In this document: in pieces, positions 34,133 to 43,351 of the stretch
Position numbering within the stretch: the first letter of the stretch is position 1
Layout of the letters: every line of letters begins with the position of its first letter
Assembly (NCBI GenBank): GCA_039589315.1
Contig: JBDHHQ010000003.1
Span: 1 to 64,000, forward strand
DNA from: Gemmatimonadota bacterium
GTDB lineage: Bacteria; Gemmatimonadota; Gemmatimonadetes; Longimicrobiales; Gaopeijiaceae
Length of the DNA: 64,000 bases
Direction of reading: 5' to 3'
The notes under the pieces: generated by a model
Told to the model about the DNA's origin: nothing
Databases searched by the model: none
The model's input: the letters and a program-made list of their open reading frames with translations, nothing else
Translations under genes and position numbers: made by a program

Positions 34133-35659
34133 CTACAGGATGTAACGCCGGAGATCCTCGTCCTCGACGATCTTGTCCAGCCGCTCCTGCACGAACTCTC
34201 GACTCACGGTCACGCTCTGGAGGCCGCTTTCCGGCAGCTCGAACAGCGCCTCCTCCAGGAGCGTGGTCATGACCGTCTGAAGGCGGCGGGCCCCGATGTT
34301 CTCCATGCGTTGATTGAGGTCGGCCGCGATGCGGGCCACCTCCCGCACGCCGTCCTCCTGAACCCTCAGCTCGGTGCCCTCAGTGGCCATCAGCGCCGCG
34401 TACTGGTTCACGAGCGCGTTCTTGGGCTCCTGGAGGATCCGCACGAAGTCCTCTTCGCCCAGGCTATGGAGCTCTACCCGGATGGGAAACCGCCCCTGCA
34501 GCTCCGGAATCAGGTCGCTCGGCTTGGCGACGTGGAACGCGCCGGCGGCCACGAACAGCACGTGGTCCGTCCGCACCAGGCCGTACTTGGTCTGGACGTT
34601 GGACCCCTCGACGATGGGTAGCAGGTCGCGCTGCACACCCTCCCGGCTCACGTCGGGCCCGGCGCCCCCTCGCTCACCTGCCACCTTGTCGATCTCGTCG
34701 AGGAAGACGATCCCCATCTCCTCCGCCCTGGCCAGGGCCTCGTTGACCACCTCGTCCATGTCGACCAGACGCTCCAGCTCGTCCTGCACCAGGATGCGGC
34801 GCGCCTCGCCCACCGTCACCGTGCGGCGCTTCGAGCGCTTGGGCAGCATGTCCTGGAGCATCTCGGTGAAGTTGTGGTCCATCCCGTCCATGCCTCCGAT
34901 GGGGACCATCATCCCCTCCAGGGACGCGGTCTGTTGGACCTCCAGCTCCACTTCGCGCTCCTCGAGCTTGCCGTCCTTCAGGAGCTTGCGGAGCTTGTCA
35001 CGGGTCCGAGCCCGTCGGTCCTCGCTCGGCTCGCCTGGGATGGGGGAGTCGCCCTCGTGCTCCTGGTCCACCGGTTGAACACCGGCGGGTCCCGCGACGA
35101 AGATGTGACCGCCGCCCGGACCGGCGGAGGTCCCTCGAGGCGGGGCCGGCGTGCCGACTTGAGCAGGGGCAGCGGGTGGCAGGAGGAGGTCCAGCAACTT
35201 CTCCTCGGCCCGGCGCTCGGCCTCGTCCTGGACGTCGTACTCGCGCTCGCCCCGGACCATGTTCACCGCAGTGTCGACGAGGTCCCTGATCATGGACTCC
35301 ACGTCCCGCCCTACGTAGCCGACCTCGGTGAACTTGGAGGCCTCGACCTTGACGAAGGGTGCGCCCGCGAGCCTCGCCAGCCGCCGGGCGATCTCGGTCT
35401 TCCCCACGCCCGTCGGACCGATGAGGATGAGGTTGTTGGGGAGGATCTCGTCCCTGAGCTCATCGCCCACCCGTTGGCGACGCCACCGGTTCCGGAGCGC
35501 GATGGCCACCGCCTTCTTGGCCTCCATCTGACCGACGATGTACTTGTCCAGCTCCGTCACGATCTGGCGTGGCGTCAGCTCCTCCAGCCAGAGCCCCTCG
35601 GTGTCTTCGGGCTCCGCCTGGACGGCCGGTTCTTCGGCTTCGATCTGAATGCTCGTCAT
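34133..35659 (-). CDS. hslU: HslU ATPase
   Basis: [41 protein letters not shown]. Confidence 0.97.
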   Translation of the reverse strand: MTSIQIEAEEPAVQAEPEDTEGLWLEELTPRQIVTELDKYIVGQMEAKKAVAIALRNRWRRQRVGDELRDEILPNNLILIGPTGVGKTEIARRLARLAGAPFVKVEASKFTEVGYVGRDVESMIRDLVDTAVNMVRGEREYDVQDEAERRAEEKLLDLLLPPAAPAQVGTPAPPRGTSAGPGGGHIFVAGPAGVQPVDQEHEGDSPIPGEPSEDRRARTRDKLRKLLKDGKLEEREVELEVQQTASLEGMMVPIGGMDGMDHNFTEMLQDMLPKRSKRRTVTVGEARRILVQDELERLVDMDEVVNEALARAEEMGIVFLDEIDKVAGERGGAGPDVSREGVQRDLLPIVEGSNVQTKYGLVRTDHVLFVAAGAFHVAKPSDLIPELQGRFPIRVELHSLGEEDFVRILQEPKNALVNQYAALMATEGTELRVQEDGVREVARIAADLNQRMENIGARRLQTVMTTLLEEALFELPESGLQSVTVSREFVQERLDKIVEDEDLRRYIL

Positions 35660-36207
35660 TCGTCCAACTCGATCACCGTGATCTCACGGTTGGTGTAGAT
35701 GCAGATGTCCCCCGCGATTTCCATGGCGACCCGGACGATGTCGGCGGCGGGCAGCTCGGAGTGGCTCTTCAGCGCCCGGGCGGCGGCAAGAGCGAACGAA
35801 CCGCCGGAGCCGATGGCGACCACCTCGTCGTCGGGCTCGATCACGTTCCCGTCGCCGCCGACGAGAAACAGGTGGTCGGCATCCGCCACGACCAGCAAGG
35901 CCTCGAGCCGCCGGAGAAACCGGTCCCTGCGCCAGTCCTTCGCGAGCTCGACGCAGGCCCGGGTGAGGTTCGCGGGGTATCGCTCGAGCTTCTCCTCGAG
36001 CTTCTCGAACAGGGCGAACGCGTCGGCTACGGCTCCAGCGAACCCGGCGAGGATTCGCCCGTCCCGGAGCTTGCGGACCTTGCGCGCCGTGGCCTTCATC
36101 ACGGTGTCGCCCAACGTGACCTGGCCATCCCCTCCCATGGCCACCTTTCCGTCTCGCCGTACGGCCAGCACGGTGGTGGCCTTCACATCCCTGAGTGGCA
36201 TTCCCAT
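35656..36207 (-). CDS. hslV: HslV protease (short propeptide before catalytic Thr)
   Basis: ATTVLAV, GDGQVT, GSGG, ICIYTN; start 36207 or 36201. Confidence 0.95.
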   Translation of the reverse strand: MGMPLRDVKATTVLAVRRDGKVAMGGDGQVTLGDTVMKATARKVRKLRDGRILAGFAGAVADAFALFEKLEEKLERYPANLTRACVELAKDWRRDRFLRRLEALLVVADADHLFLVGGDGNVIEPDDEVVAIGSGGSFALAAARALKSHSELPAADIVRVAMEIAGDICIYTNREITVIELDE

Positions 36208-36265
36208 CCTCGGAAGCGGGTTCCTGGTCCGGCTCGCACCTAGCCAGATCCATGCCGGCGGTGGA

Positions 36266-36281
36266 GGCCAAGATCCTGCCA
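36266..36281 (-). promoter_or_regulatory. sigma54-type promoter upstream of hslV
   Basis: TGGCAGGATCTTGGCC = GG-N10-GC. Confidence 0.5.
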
Positions 36282-36459
36282 TAGCGGCAGGGGTGAACAA
36301 TAACCCGACCCGGTTGCCGTTCCAAGACGGGAACCCGGGCGGGTGGTGTGGAAGGGCGTTGAGGTGCGCTCGTCCCGTGGAGGACCCGGTTACGTCTCTC
36401 TCAGCCGCGGGCTCGGGGAGACCGTCAGGCCGCCATCACCCCGGCGCTGTGCGGATCGG

Positions 36460-37410
36460 TCAGGCCCGGGGGTGCGCCTGCTGGTACACACGCTTCAACC
36501 TCTCCCTCGAGGTGTGCGTGTAGATCTGCGTGGTGGAGAGCGACACGTGACCCAGCAGCTCCTTCACCGCCAGCAGGTCGGCCCCGGCATCGAGGAGGTG
36601 GGTGGCGAACGAATGCCGGAGCGAGTGGAGCGTGAGCCGCTCCCCCTCTGCCGCCCGCTCCAGGAGGTCACGGACGGCCATCTGGATGGCGCGAGGGGAG
36701 ATCCGCCCCCCTGCCCGGTTCACGAGCAGGGCTCCCGGGTCCGCAGCGCCCACGGCATCGGCGACCGCCTCCCGCCGGCGGGGCTCGTATCGGTCCAGAG
36801 CCGCGAGGGCGCTCCGGGTGAGGGGGACGACGCGCTCCTTCCGCCCCTTGCCTCGGACCTTCACCCGCGACCCCGCCACGTCGATGTCCGCCAGGTCGAG
36901 TCCCTGAACCTCGGCCAGTCGGAGGCCACTGCCGTAGAGCAGCTCCAGCACCAGCAACGCCCGGACGCCCGCGAGCGTGTTCTCCGCCGCCCGCGACTCG
37001 GCGGCCCTGAGCACGGCGGATACGTCGGTAACGGAAAGGTGTCCGGGAAGCCTCTTCTCGAGCCGCGGAGCGCGGAGCGCACGGGTCGGGTTGGCCGCCA
37101 ACATGGCTTCGCCGTGAAGGTACCGAAAGAACGTGCGGATCGCCGAAAGCTTGCGGGCGATGGAGCGTCGTGCGAGGCCGGCCCTGTGACACCAGCCCAT
37201 GAAGCCGCGGAGCGTGAGGCGATCCACCTCCGACCACTGCCAGTCTGGCGACCCGTGATACTGCGTCAGAAACGTCTCGAAGTCGGAAAGGTCCTTCCGA
37301 TACGCGGCCACGGTGTTGGACGACAGGTTGCGGCCGTCGGCCAGATGTCTAAGGAACGCCCCGGCTTCGGCTCGCGTCGGCCCTTCCCGCCGGGTCCCGG
37401 CCCGCGTCAT
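36460..37410 (-). CDS. xerC: tyrosine recombinase XerC
   Basis: LYGSGLR, GKGRKER, HSLRHSFATH, LGH, TQIYTH; trmFO-xerC-hslVU synteny. Confidence 0.9.
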   Translation of the reverse strand: MTRAGTRREGPTRAEAGAFLRHLADGRNLSSNTVAAYRKDLSDFETFLTQYHGSPDWQWSEVDRLTLRGFMGWCHRAGLARRSIARKLSAIRTFFRYLHGEAMLAANPTRALRAPRLEKRLPGHLSVTDVSAVLRAAESRAAENTLAGVRALLVLELLYGSGLRLAEVQGLDLADIDVAGSRVKVRGKGRKERVVPLTRSALAALDRYEPRRREAVADAVGAADPGALLVNRAGGRISPRAIQMAVRDLLERAAEGERLTLHSLRHSFATHLLDAGADLLAVKELLGHVSLSTTQIYTHTSRERLKRVYQQAHPRA

Positions 37411-38768
37411 GGTGCGGGAGACCGCGCGGCGGGGAGCGTATCCACCGCCTCCAGGCCCACCTGGGCCATCCACGCCACGAACGCACCGTCGGCCCTGTCC
37501 GCCAAGGCCTCGCGCCGCTTCCGGCGATCCCGGATTCGGCGCTCGAGGGGCTCGACCAGCCCCCAGTTCGAGTTCATCGGCTGGAAGCGGCCCGGATCGC
37601 ACTCGCGCAGGTAGCGGCTCAGCGCACCCATCATGGTCGTGGGCGGCGGGGTGACGGGATCGAGCCCCATGAGGAGCCGATGCAGATTGATGCCCGCCAG
37701 CATGCCGCTGGCCGCGGACTCGACGTAGCCTTCCACCCCCGTGAGCTGCCCCGCGAAGACCAGGTCGCCCCTGCCCCGGGGCGAGCCCCACGCAGAAAGG
37801 TGAGCCGGGTGGTTCAGGTAGCTGTTCCGATGGATCGATCCCCAGCGCAGGAACTCGGCCTGGGCGAGGCCCGGAATCTGCCGGAACACGCTAGCCTGCT
37901 CACCGGTTCGCAGCCTCGTCTGGAAGCCCACCATGTTCCACATCTGTCCCGCCCGGTCCTCCCGCCTCAGCTGGACGACGGCCCACGGCCGCGTCCCCGT
38001 TCGCGGATCCTCCAGGCCGATGGGCTTCATGGGTCCGAACCGGAGCGTATCCCGGCCTCGAGACGCCATGACCTCGATGGGGAGGCACCCCTCGAAGTAG
38101 GGAATCCGCTCCCAGTCGTGGCCGGGATAAACGTCGGCCTCGAGGAGGGCGTCGAGGAACGCGTCGTACTCCGTCCGGTCCATCGGACAGTTGAGGTAGT
38201 CGGCGTCTTCGCCGAAGCGGCCGGCTTCGAAGGCCACCGATTCGTCGATGGAATCCCTTTCGACGATGGGCGCGATGGCGTCGTAGAAGGCGAGGCTGGC
38301 CTCCCCGAGCAGGGCCTGGATGGAGCGAGACAAGCCGTCAGACGTGAGGGGACCCGTCGCGACGATGGCCGGGTCGTCCGGCAGGTCGGTGCACTCCTGC
38401 CGCACGAGCTCGATGCGGGGGTGCTCGTTGATAGCGAGCGTCATGGCGGAGGCGAACAGCTCTCGATCCACGGCCAGGGCGGATCCAGCGGGAACACGGG
38501 CCCCCCGCGCCGAGGCCAGGAGCACGGAGCCCAAGCGATCCATCTCGCGCTTGAGCTGTCCGTGAGCGTTGGCCGGATCCTCGCTCTTGAAGGAGTTGGT
38601 GCAGACCAACTCGCCCAGGAGCTCGGTCCGATGCGCCGGTGTGCGACCGACCGGCCGCAGCTCCAGGAGGCGAACGGGGTGTCCCCTGCCTGCCAGCTGC
38701 AGAGCCGCCTCACAGCCCGCCAGGCCGCCTCCGACGACGACCACCGGCGTCAGGGGTCTGGCGGCCAA
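37407..38768 (-). CDS. trmFO: folate-dependent tRNA m5U54 methyltransferase
   Basis: GGGLAGCEAA, ELVCTNS, FGPMKPIGL, VGFQT, GQLTGVEGY. Confidence 0.96.
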   Translation of the reverse strand: MAARPLTPVVVVGGGLAGCEAALQLAGRGHPVRLLELRPVGRTPAHRTELLGELVCTNSFKSEDPANAHGQLKREMDRLGSVLLASARGARVPAGSALAVDRELFASAMTLAINEHPRIELVRQECTDLPDDPAIVATGPLTSDGLSRSIQALLGEASLAFYDAIAPIVERDSIDESVAFEAGRFGEDADYLNCPMDRTEYDAFLDALLEADVYPGHDWERIPYFEGCLPIEVMASRGRDTLRFGPMKPIGLEDPRTGTRPWAVVQLRREDRAGQMWNMVGFQTRLRTGEQASVFRQIPGLAQAEFLRWGSIHRNSYLNHPAHLSAWGSPRGRGDLVFAGQLTGVEGYVESAASGMLAGINLHRLLMGLDPVTPPPTTMMGALSRYLRECDPGRFQPMNSNWGLVEPLERRIRDRRKRREALADRADGAFVAWMAQVGLEAVDTLPAARSPAP

Positions 38769-38772
38769 TCGA

Positions 38773-41370
38773 CTACTTCTTCCGGCTTCCGCGTCTGCCC
38801 CCCCGCGCCGCCTTGCGCTCGGCAGCCTTCACCAACAGATCGACGGCGGCCTCCATCGTCAGGTCTCCGGGCTCCATGTCCTTGGGCAACGATCCGTTCA
38901 CGCTACCGTCCGTCACGTAGGGACCGTATCGGCCCGAGAGCACCTGGAGGGCCTTGCCGGTCTCTGGATGGGGACCCATCTCCCTGAGCACGGTCTTGGT
39001 GCCCTTCTTGGCGTTGATCAGCTTCACGGCCTCTTCCAGGGAGATGTCGAAGGCCGTCCGGATGTCCGCTACGCTGCGGTATACACGGGCTCGCTCCACG
39101 TACGGCCCGTACCGGCCGAGGCCGGCGGTCACGGGTTGGCCCGTATCGGGGTCGTCGCCGAGCGTCCGGGGCAGGGACAGGAGCTTCCGCGCGAACCCCA
39201 CGTCGACGTCCTCCGGGCTCATCCCCTCCGGGAGACTGGACCGCTTCGGCTTCTCCCCGTCTTCCGCCTCTCCCAGCTGCAGGTAGGGTCCGAAACGCCC
39301 CACCCGCACGTAGATGGGGAGCCCCGTCGCATCGTCCATCCCGAGGGGCTCCTCGGCTTTGGCGCTGACCTCGAACAGCTCCGCCGCGCGCTCCGGGGTC
39401 AGGTCGTCGATCAGGAGGTCCTCGGGCACGGTGGCGCGGTCACCGTTCTCTCCCCCACCTCGCTGGAGATACGCGGAGCTCTTGCCGATCCGCACGAAGA
39501 TGGGCTGACCGGTCTCCGGATCGTCGCCGATGGGAATCTGGGGATAGTCGATCTCGGGCAGTTGGCTCTCGATGCGGCGGGCCAGACCCTCGTCGTCGCC
39601 TCCTTCCCCCTTGTAGAAGCGGGTGAGAAACCCGACCCAGTCTTCGTCGCCCTGGGCGATGTCGTCCAGCGCGTCCTCCATACGAGCGGTGAAATGGAGG
39701 TCGACGTATTGGGTGAAGTGCTCTTTCAAGAGGTCGGCCACAGCCATACCGACGTAGGTGGGCACCAGCGCGCCCTCCTTCTTCTGGACGTAGCCGCGGT
39801 CCTGGATGGTCGTGAGGATGGGGTTATAGGTGGACGGACGGCCGATCCCCTCCTCCTCCAGCTTCTTCACCAGCGAAGCCTCGGTGTAGCGTGGCGGCGG
39901 TCTGGTCTCGTGTCGCCCGGGCGTGGTTGCCGTCACGGCGGTGGCAGAGGCGGCGTCGCCGATGGGCTGGCCCTCGTCGAGATCCGGGAGCAGAGTGTCC
40001 TCTCGTGCGCTGCCGTAGACGCGCAGAAAGCCGGGGAACCGCAGGATCGAGCCCGTGGCGCGAAACCGGTGGCCGACGCCGTCCAGATCCACCGTGAGCT
40101 CGACCGTGGTGCGGTCCAGCTCGGCATCCGCCATCTGGCAAGCGACGGTGCGGGTCCAGATCAACCGATACAAAGAGAGAGCGTCGGAGGTCAGGAACCG
40201 TGCAACGGCATCGGGCGTCCGGTGGATCTCGGTGGGACGAATGGCCTCGTGGGCTTCCTGCGCCCCCTTCGCCTTGGTCTTGTAGCGACGGGCCTGGTGG
40301 TAGCGGTCTCCGAAGTGCTGCTCGATGTACCGACCCGCTTCGCCTAGGGCCTTGTCACTCAGGGTGACCGAGTCCGTCCTCATGTAGGTGATGAGGCCTT
40401 CCCGGTCTCCACCGCCGAGGTCGATGCCCTCGTACAGCTTCTGCGCCAGCAACATCGTCTTCTTGGGAGACATGCGCAGCTGGGAGCTCGCGGCCTGCTG
40501 GAGGGTCGACGTCGTGAACGGCGGTGCGGGTCGCTGGCGCGTCTGCTTGCGCTCGACGCCGGACACGGTCCAGGGGACGGTCTCGGCGGCCTGGGCGGCG
40601 ATCCGCTCGGCCGCGGCCTCGCCCAGGATCAGGGCCTTCGAGTCAACATCGAAGACGCCCGTCGTGGAGTCGAAATCTCGGCTCGTAGCCAGGCGCCGGT
40701 CACCGATGGCCACGAGGGTGGCGGTGAACTCGACCTCGCCAGCCACGAGCGTGGCTTCCACGTCCCAGAACTCGGTCGACCTGAACGCCTTGCGCTCGAG
40801 CTCCCGGTCCACGACCAGGCGTAGGGCCACGCTCTGAACGCGCCCGGCGCTCAGGCGGGTCCGCACCTTCTTCCAGAGCACGGGCGACAGGGAGTAGCCG
40901 TACAAGCGGTCCACGATCCGCCTCGTCTCCTGCGCCCGGACCAGCTGCTCGTCCACGGCGCGTGGGTGTGCCAGCGCCTCCTGGATCGCCGACCTCGTGA
41001 TCTCGTGAAAGGTGATCCGCTGGACGGGCACGTCGGGCTTGAGGACCTCCTGCAGGTGCCAGCTGATGGACTCCCCTTCCCTGTCCTCATCGGTCGCCAG
41101 CAGGACCTCGTCGGCCTCCCGTAGCTGCTTCTTCAGGGCGTCCACGTGCTTCTTGCTCTCGGCGGGCACGACGTACACCGGTTGGAACCCCTCTTCGGTG
41201 TTCACGCCGAGGCGGGCCCAGCCCTTCTTCTTGTAGCGCGCCGGGACGTCCCGGGCGGACCCGGGCAGATCCCGGATGTGGCCGTAGCTCGCCACGACCC
41301 TGTAGTCCGGGCCGAGGAAGCGTTCGATGGTCTTGGCTTTCGCTGGAGACTCGACGATGACGAGCTTCAC
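38773..41370 (-). CDS. topA: DNA topoisomerase I with Toprim_C repeats
   Basis: IVESPAKAKT, DEDREGE, SAGRVQS, ITYMRTD, repeated GRF/YGPY. Confidence 0.98.
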   Translation of the reverse strand: MKLVIVESPAKAKTIERFLGPDYRVVASYGHIRDLPGSARDVPARYKKKGWARLGVNTEEGFQPVYVVPAESKKHVDALKKQLREADEVLLATDEDREGESISWHLQEVLKPDVPVQRITFHEITRSAIQEALAHPRAVDEQLVRAQETRRIVDRLYGYSLSPVLWKKVRTRLSAGRVQSVALRLVVDRELERKAFRSTEFWDVEATLVAGEVEFTATLVAIGDRRLATSRDFDSTTGVFDVDSKALILGEAAAERIAAQAAETVPWTVSGVERKQTRQRPAPPFTTSTLQQAASSQLRMSPKKTMLLAQKLYEGIDLGGGDREGLITYMRTDSVTLSDKALGEAGRYIEQHFGDRYHQARRYKTKAKGAQEAHEAIRPTEIHRTPDAVARFLTSDALSLYRLIWTRTVACQMADAELDRTTVELTVDLDGVGHRFRATGSILRFPGFLRVYGSAREDTLLPDLDEGQPIGDAASATAVTATTPGRHETRPPPRYTEASLVKKLEEEGIGRPSTYNPILTTIQDRGYVQKKEGALVPTYVGMAVADLLKEHFTQYVDLHFTARMEDALDDIAQGDEDWVGFLTRFYKGEGGDDEGLARRIESQLPEIDYPQIPIGDDPETGQPIFVRIGKSSAYLQRGGGENGDRATVPEDLLIDDLTPERAAELFEVSAKAEEPLGMDDATGLPIYVRVGRFGPYLQLGEAEDGEKPKRSSLPEGMSPEDVDVGFARKLLSLPRTLGDDPDTGQPVTAGLGRYGPYVERARVYRSVADIRTAFDISLEEAVKLINAKKGTKTVLREMGPHPETGKALQVLSGRYGPYVTDGSVNGSLPKDMEPGDLTMEAAVDLLVKAAERKAARGGRRGSRKK

Positions 41371-41942
41371 GGCATGCGTTCTTTGTCTGGGATTCGCGTT
41401 TCTGTGCGGCCACGAGCGCCGAACAGCCCATGGGCGATACGCTCCGCCACCTGCTCAGGCAAGCCCCTTCCGTCCACGGTCAGCCTGGCCATCCGGTAAA
41501 AGGGCTCCCGGAGCCGGAGGAGCTCTCTGACGCGCTTCTCGGGATCGGACCCCGCCAAGAGGGGCCGGCCCCCGGGACTCTTGCCGATCCGCCGGAGGAG
41601 CTCCTCCACCGGCACTTCCAACCAGACGCTCGCCGTCGACGGATCCAGGCCCTCCAGGCGGCCCGCCACCGCCGGCCAGCCGCCCCCCGCAGCCAGGACG
41701 CATCGGTCCCGTGTGAGGGCCCGACAGGTTGCGGCGTGCTCGCGCTCCCGGAAGAAGGCCTCCCCCCGAAGCTCGAAAACCTCAGGGATCCGGAGACCCA
41801 CCTCGTCGGATACGGCCGTATCGACGTCCAGGAAGGACCAACCGAGGCGCGCGGCCAGCGACGGACCCACCGTGCTCTTGCCGCTGGCCATGAAACCGAC
41901 CAGCAGGATTCGGCGAGGGGCGTCCGCCTCACCGCTCGCCAT
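41367..41942 (-). CDS. aroK: shikimate kinase
   Basis: GFMASGKST, GEAFFR, GGG, RPLL. Confidence 0.93.
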   Translation of the reverse strand: MASGEADAPRRILLVGFMASGKSTVGPSLAARLGWSFLDVDTAVSDEVGLRIPEVFELRGEAFFREREHAATCRALTRDRCVLAAGGGWPAVAGRLEGLDPSTASVWLEVPVEELLRRIGKSPGGRPLLAGSDPEKRVRELLRLREPFYRMARLTVDGRGLPEQVAERIAHGLFGARGRTETRIPDKERMP

Positions 41943-43137
41943 ATCCGCGTTCGGTCAGGTACGCGAGGTAGGCATCGAAGTTCCGGCGCACTTCGCCGAG
42001 GGAGTCGCCGCCGAACTTCTCCAAGAACGCGTCGGCGATCACGAGCGCCACCATGGCTTCGGCCACCACGGCCGCCGCGGGCACGGCGCAGACGTCGCTG
42101 CGCTCGACTGCTGCATCTCCCGGCGAGCCATCGCGGAGGTCCATGCTGGGCAACCGCTTACGGAGAGTGGAGATGGGCTTCATTGCTCCCCGCACGACGA
42201 GGGGCTCCCCGGTGGTGACACCGCCTTCCAGGCCGCCGGCCCGGTTGGAGGCACGTCCGATCTCACCGACGCGCACCCGCCCGGGTGCCGCCACGATGGG
42301 GTCGTGGACACGGGATCCCGGGGACCTGGCGCCCTGGAACCCCATCCCCAGCTCCACGCCCTTGATGGCCTGGATGGACATGACCGCCCCTGCCAGGCGG
42401 CCGTCCAGCTTCCGGTCCCACGTCACGTAGCTGCCCAGGCCCACGGGCACCCCTGTGACGACGACCTCGAAGGTGCCACCGAGCGTGTCACCGGCCTCCT
42501 TGGCGGCGTCGATGGCCTCCACGATCCGCGCGTCGGCCGCGGGATCCAGCGTCCGGACGGGCGACGCGTCCGCCACCTCGTTGAGCTCTCCGGGCAGCTC
42601 CGGCGGCGGCGCGGCCTCGATGTCGCCGATGGCGGTGACGTGGCTCCCGATCCGGATGCCGAATTCGTGGAGCAGCCTTCGGGCCACCGCGCCGCAGGCG
42701 ACGCGCGCCGCCGTCTCCCGCGCGCTCGCACGCTCCAGGATGTCCCGCGTGTCCCGGCGGTCGTACTTGAAGATTCCCACCAGATCGGCGTGACCGGGCC
42801 GCGGCAGGTACTGGGAGCGGAGCGCCTTCGGGTTGACGTCCTCGGCCGGGGGCAGCGGGTCCATCGCCGTGGTCCAGTTCTCCCAATCCCGGTTCCACAC
42901 CAGCATAGCAATGGGGGACCCCAGAGTCTCCCCCAGACGGACGCCAGAGATGAGGTCGGCCCGGTCCGCCTCGATCTGCATGCGGCGGCCACGGCCGTAG
43001 CCCTGCTGCCGGCGTCGAAGATCCGGATCCACATCCCGCTCTACGACGAGCTCGAGGCCGGCGGGGACGCCCTCGATGTAGGCGAGGAGACCCCGCCCGT
43101 GGGATTCACCAGCCGTGTGGAACGTGATGGCGTTCAC
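41929..43137 (-). CDS. aroC: chorismate synthase
   Basis: TAGESHG, RPGHAD, ERASARETA, MKPISTL, RSDVC. Confidence 0.97.
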   Translation of the reverse strand: MNAITFHTAGESHGRGLLAYIEGVPAGLELVVERDVDPDLRRRQQGYGRGRRMQIEADRADLISGVRLGETLGSPIAMLVWNRDWENWTTAMDPLPPAEDVNPKALRSQYLPRPGHADLVGIFKYDRRDTRDILERASARETAARVACGAVARRLLHEFGIRIGSHVTAIGDIEAAPPPELPGELNEVADASPVRTLDPAADARIVEAIDAAKEAGDTLGGTFEVVVTGVPVGLGSYVTWDRKLDGRLAGAVMSIQAIKGVELGMGFQGARSPGSRVHDPIVAAPGRVRVGEIGRASNRAGGLEGGVTTGEPLVVRGAMKPISTLRKRLPSMDLRDGSPGDAAVERSDVCAVPAAAVVAEAMVALVIADAFLEKFGGDSLGEVRRNFDAYLAYLTERGYGER

Positions 43138-43351
43138 ACCCTGCTCTCGCGTGTCGGGTCTGCTGGATCGGGCATGCGGAGGCGTCGTGGGCCGGACCGG
43201 GATCGGCCCGTCCTCTCACCGGTCGGTGGAAGAAACCCCGGTTGGGCTCGAAGTCAGGATATAGCCAGAACCCCGGCGGTCGTCCACCGCCGAGGCCTCG
43301 GGCAGACGAGTCCCGGCGCCCGGGATCCGGGCGCCGGTCGCGGATTCGGGT

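Noticed and set aside
36460..37410. Tyrosine recombinase as prophage or island integrase
   Set aside because: Sits in the housekeeping topA-trmFO-xerC-hslVU context; no att repeats or cargo; tRNA-Leu shows no duplicated 3' end
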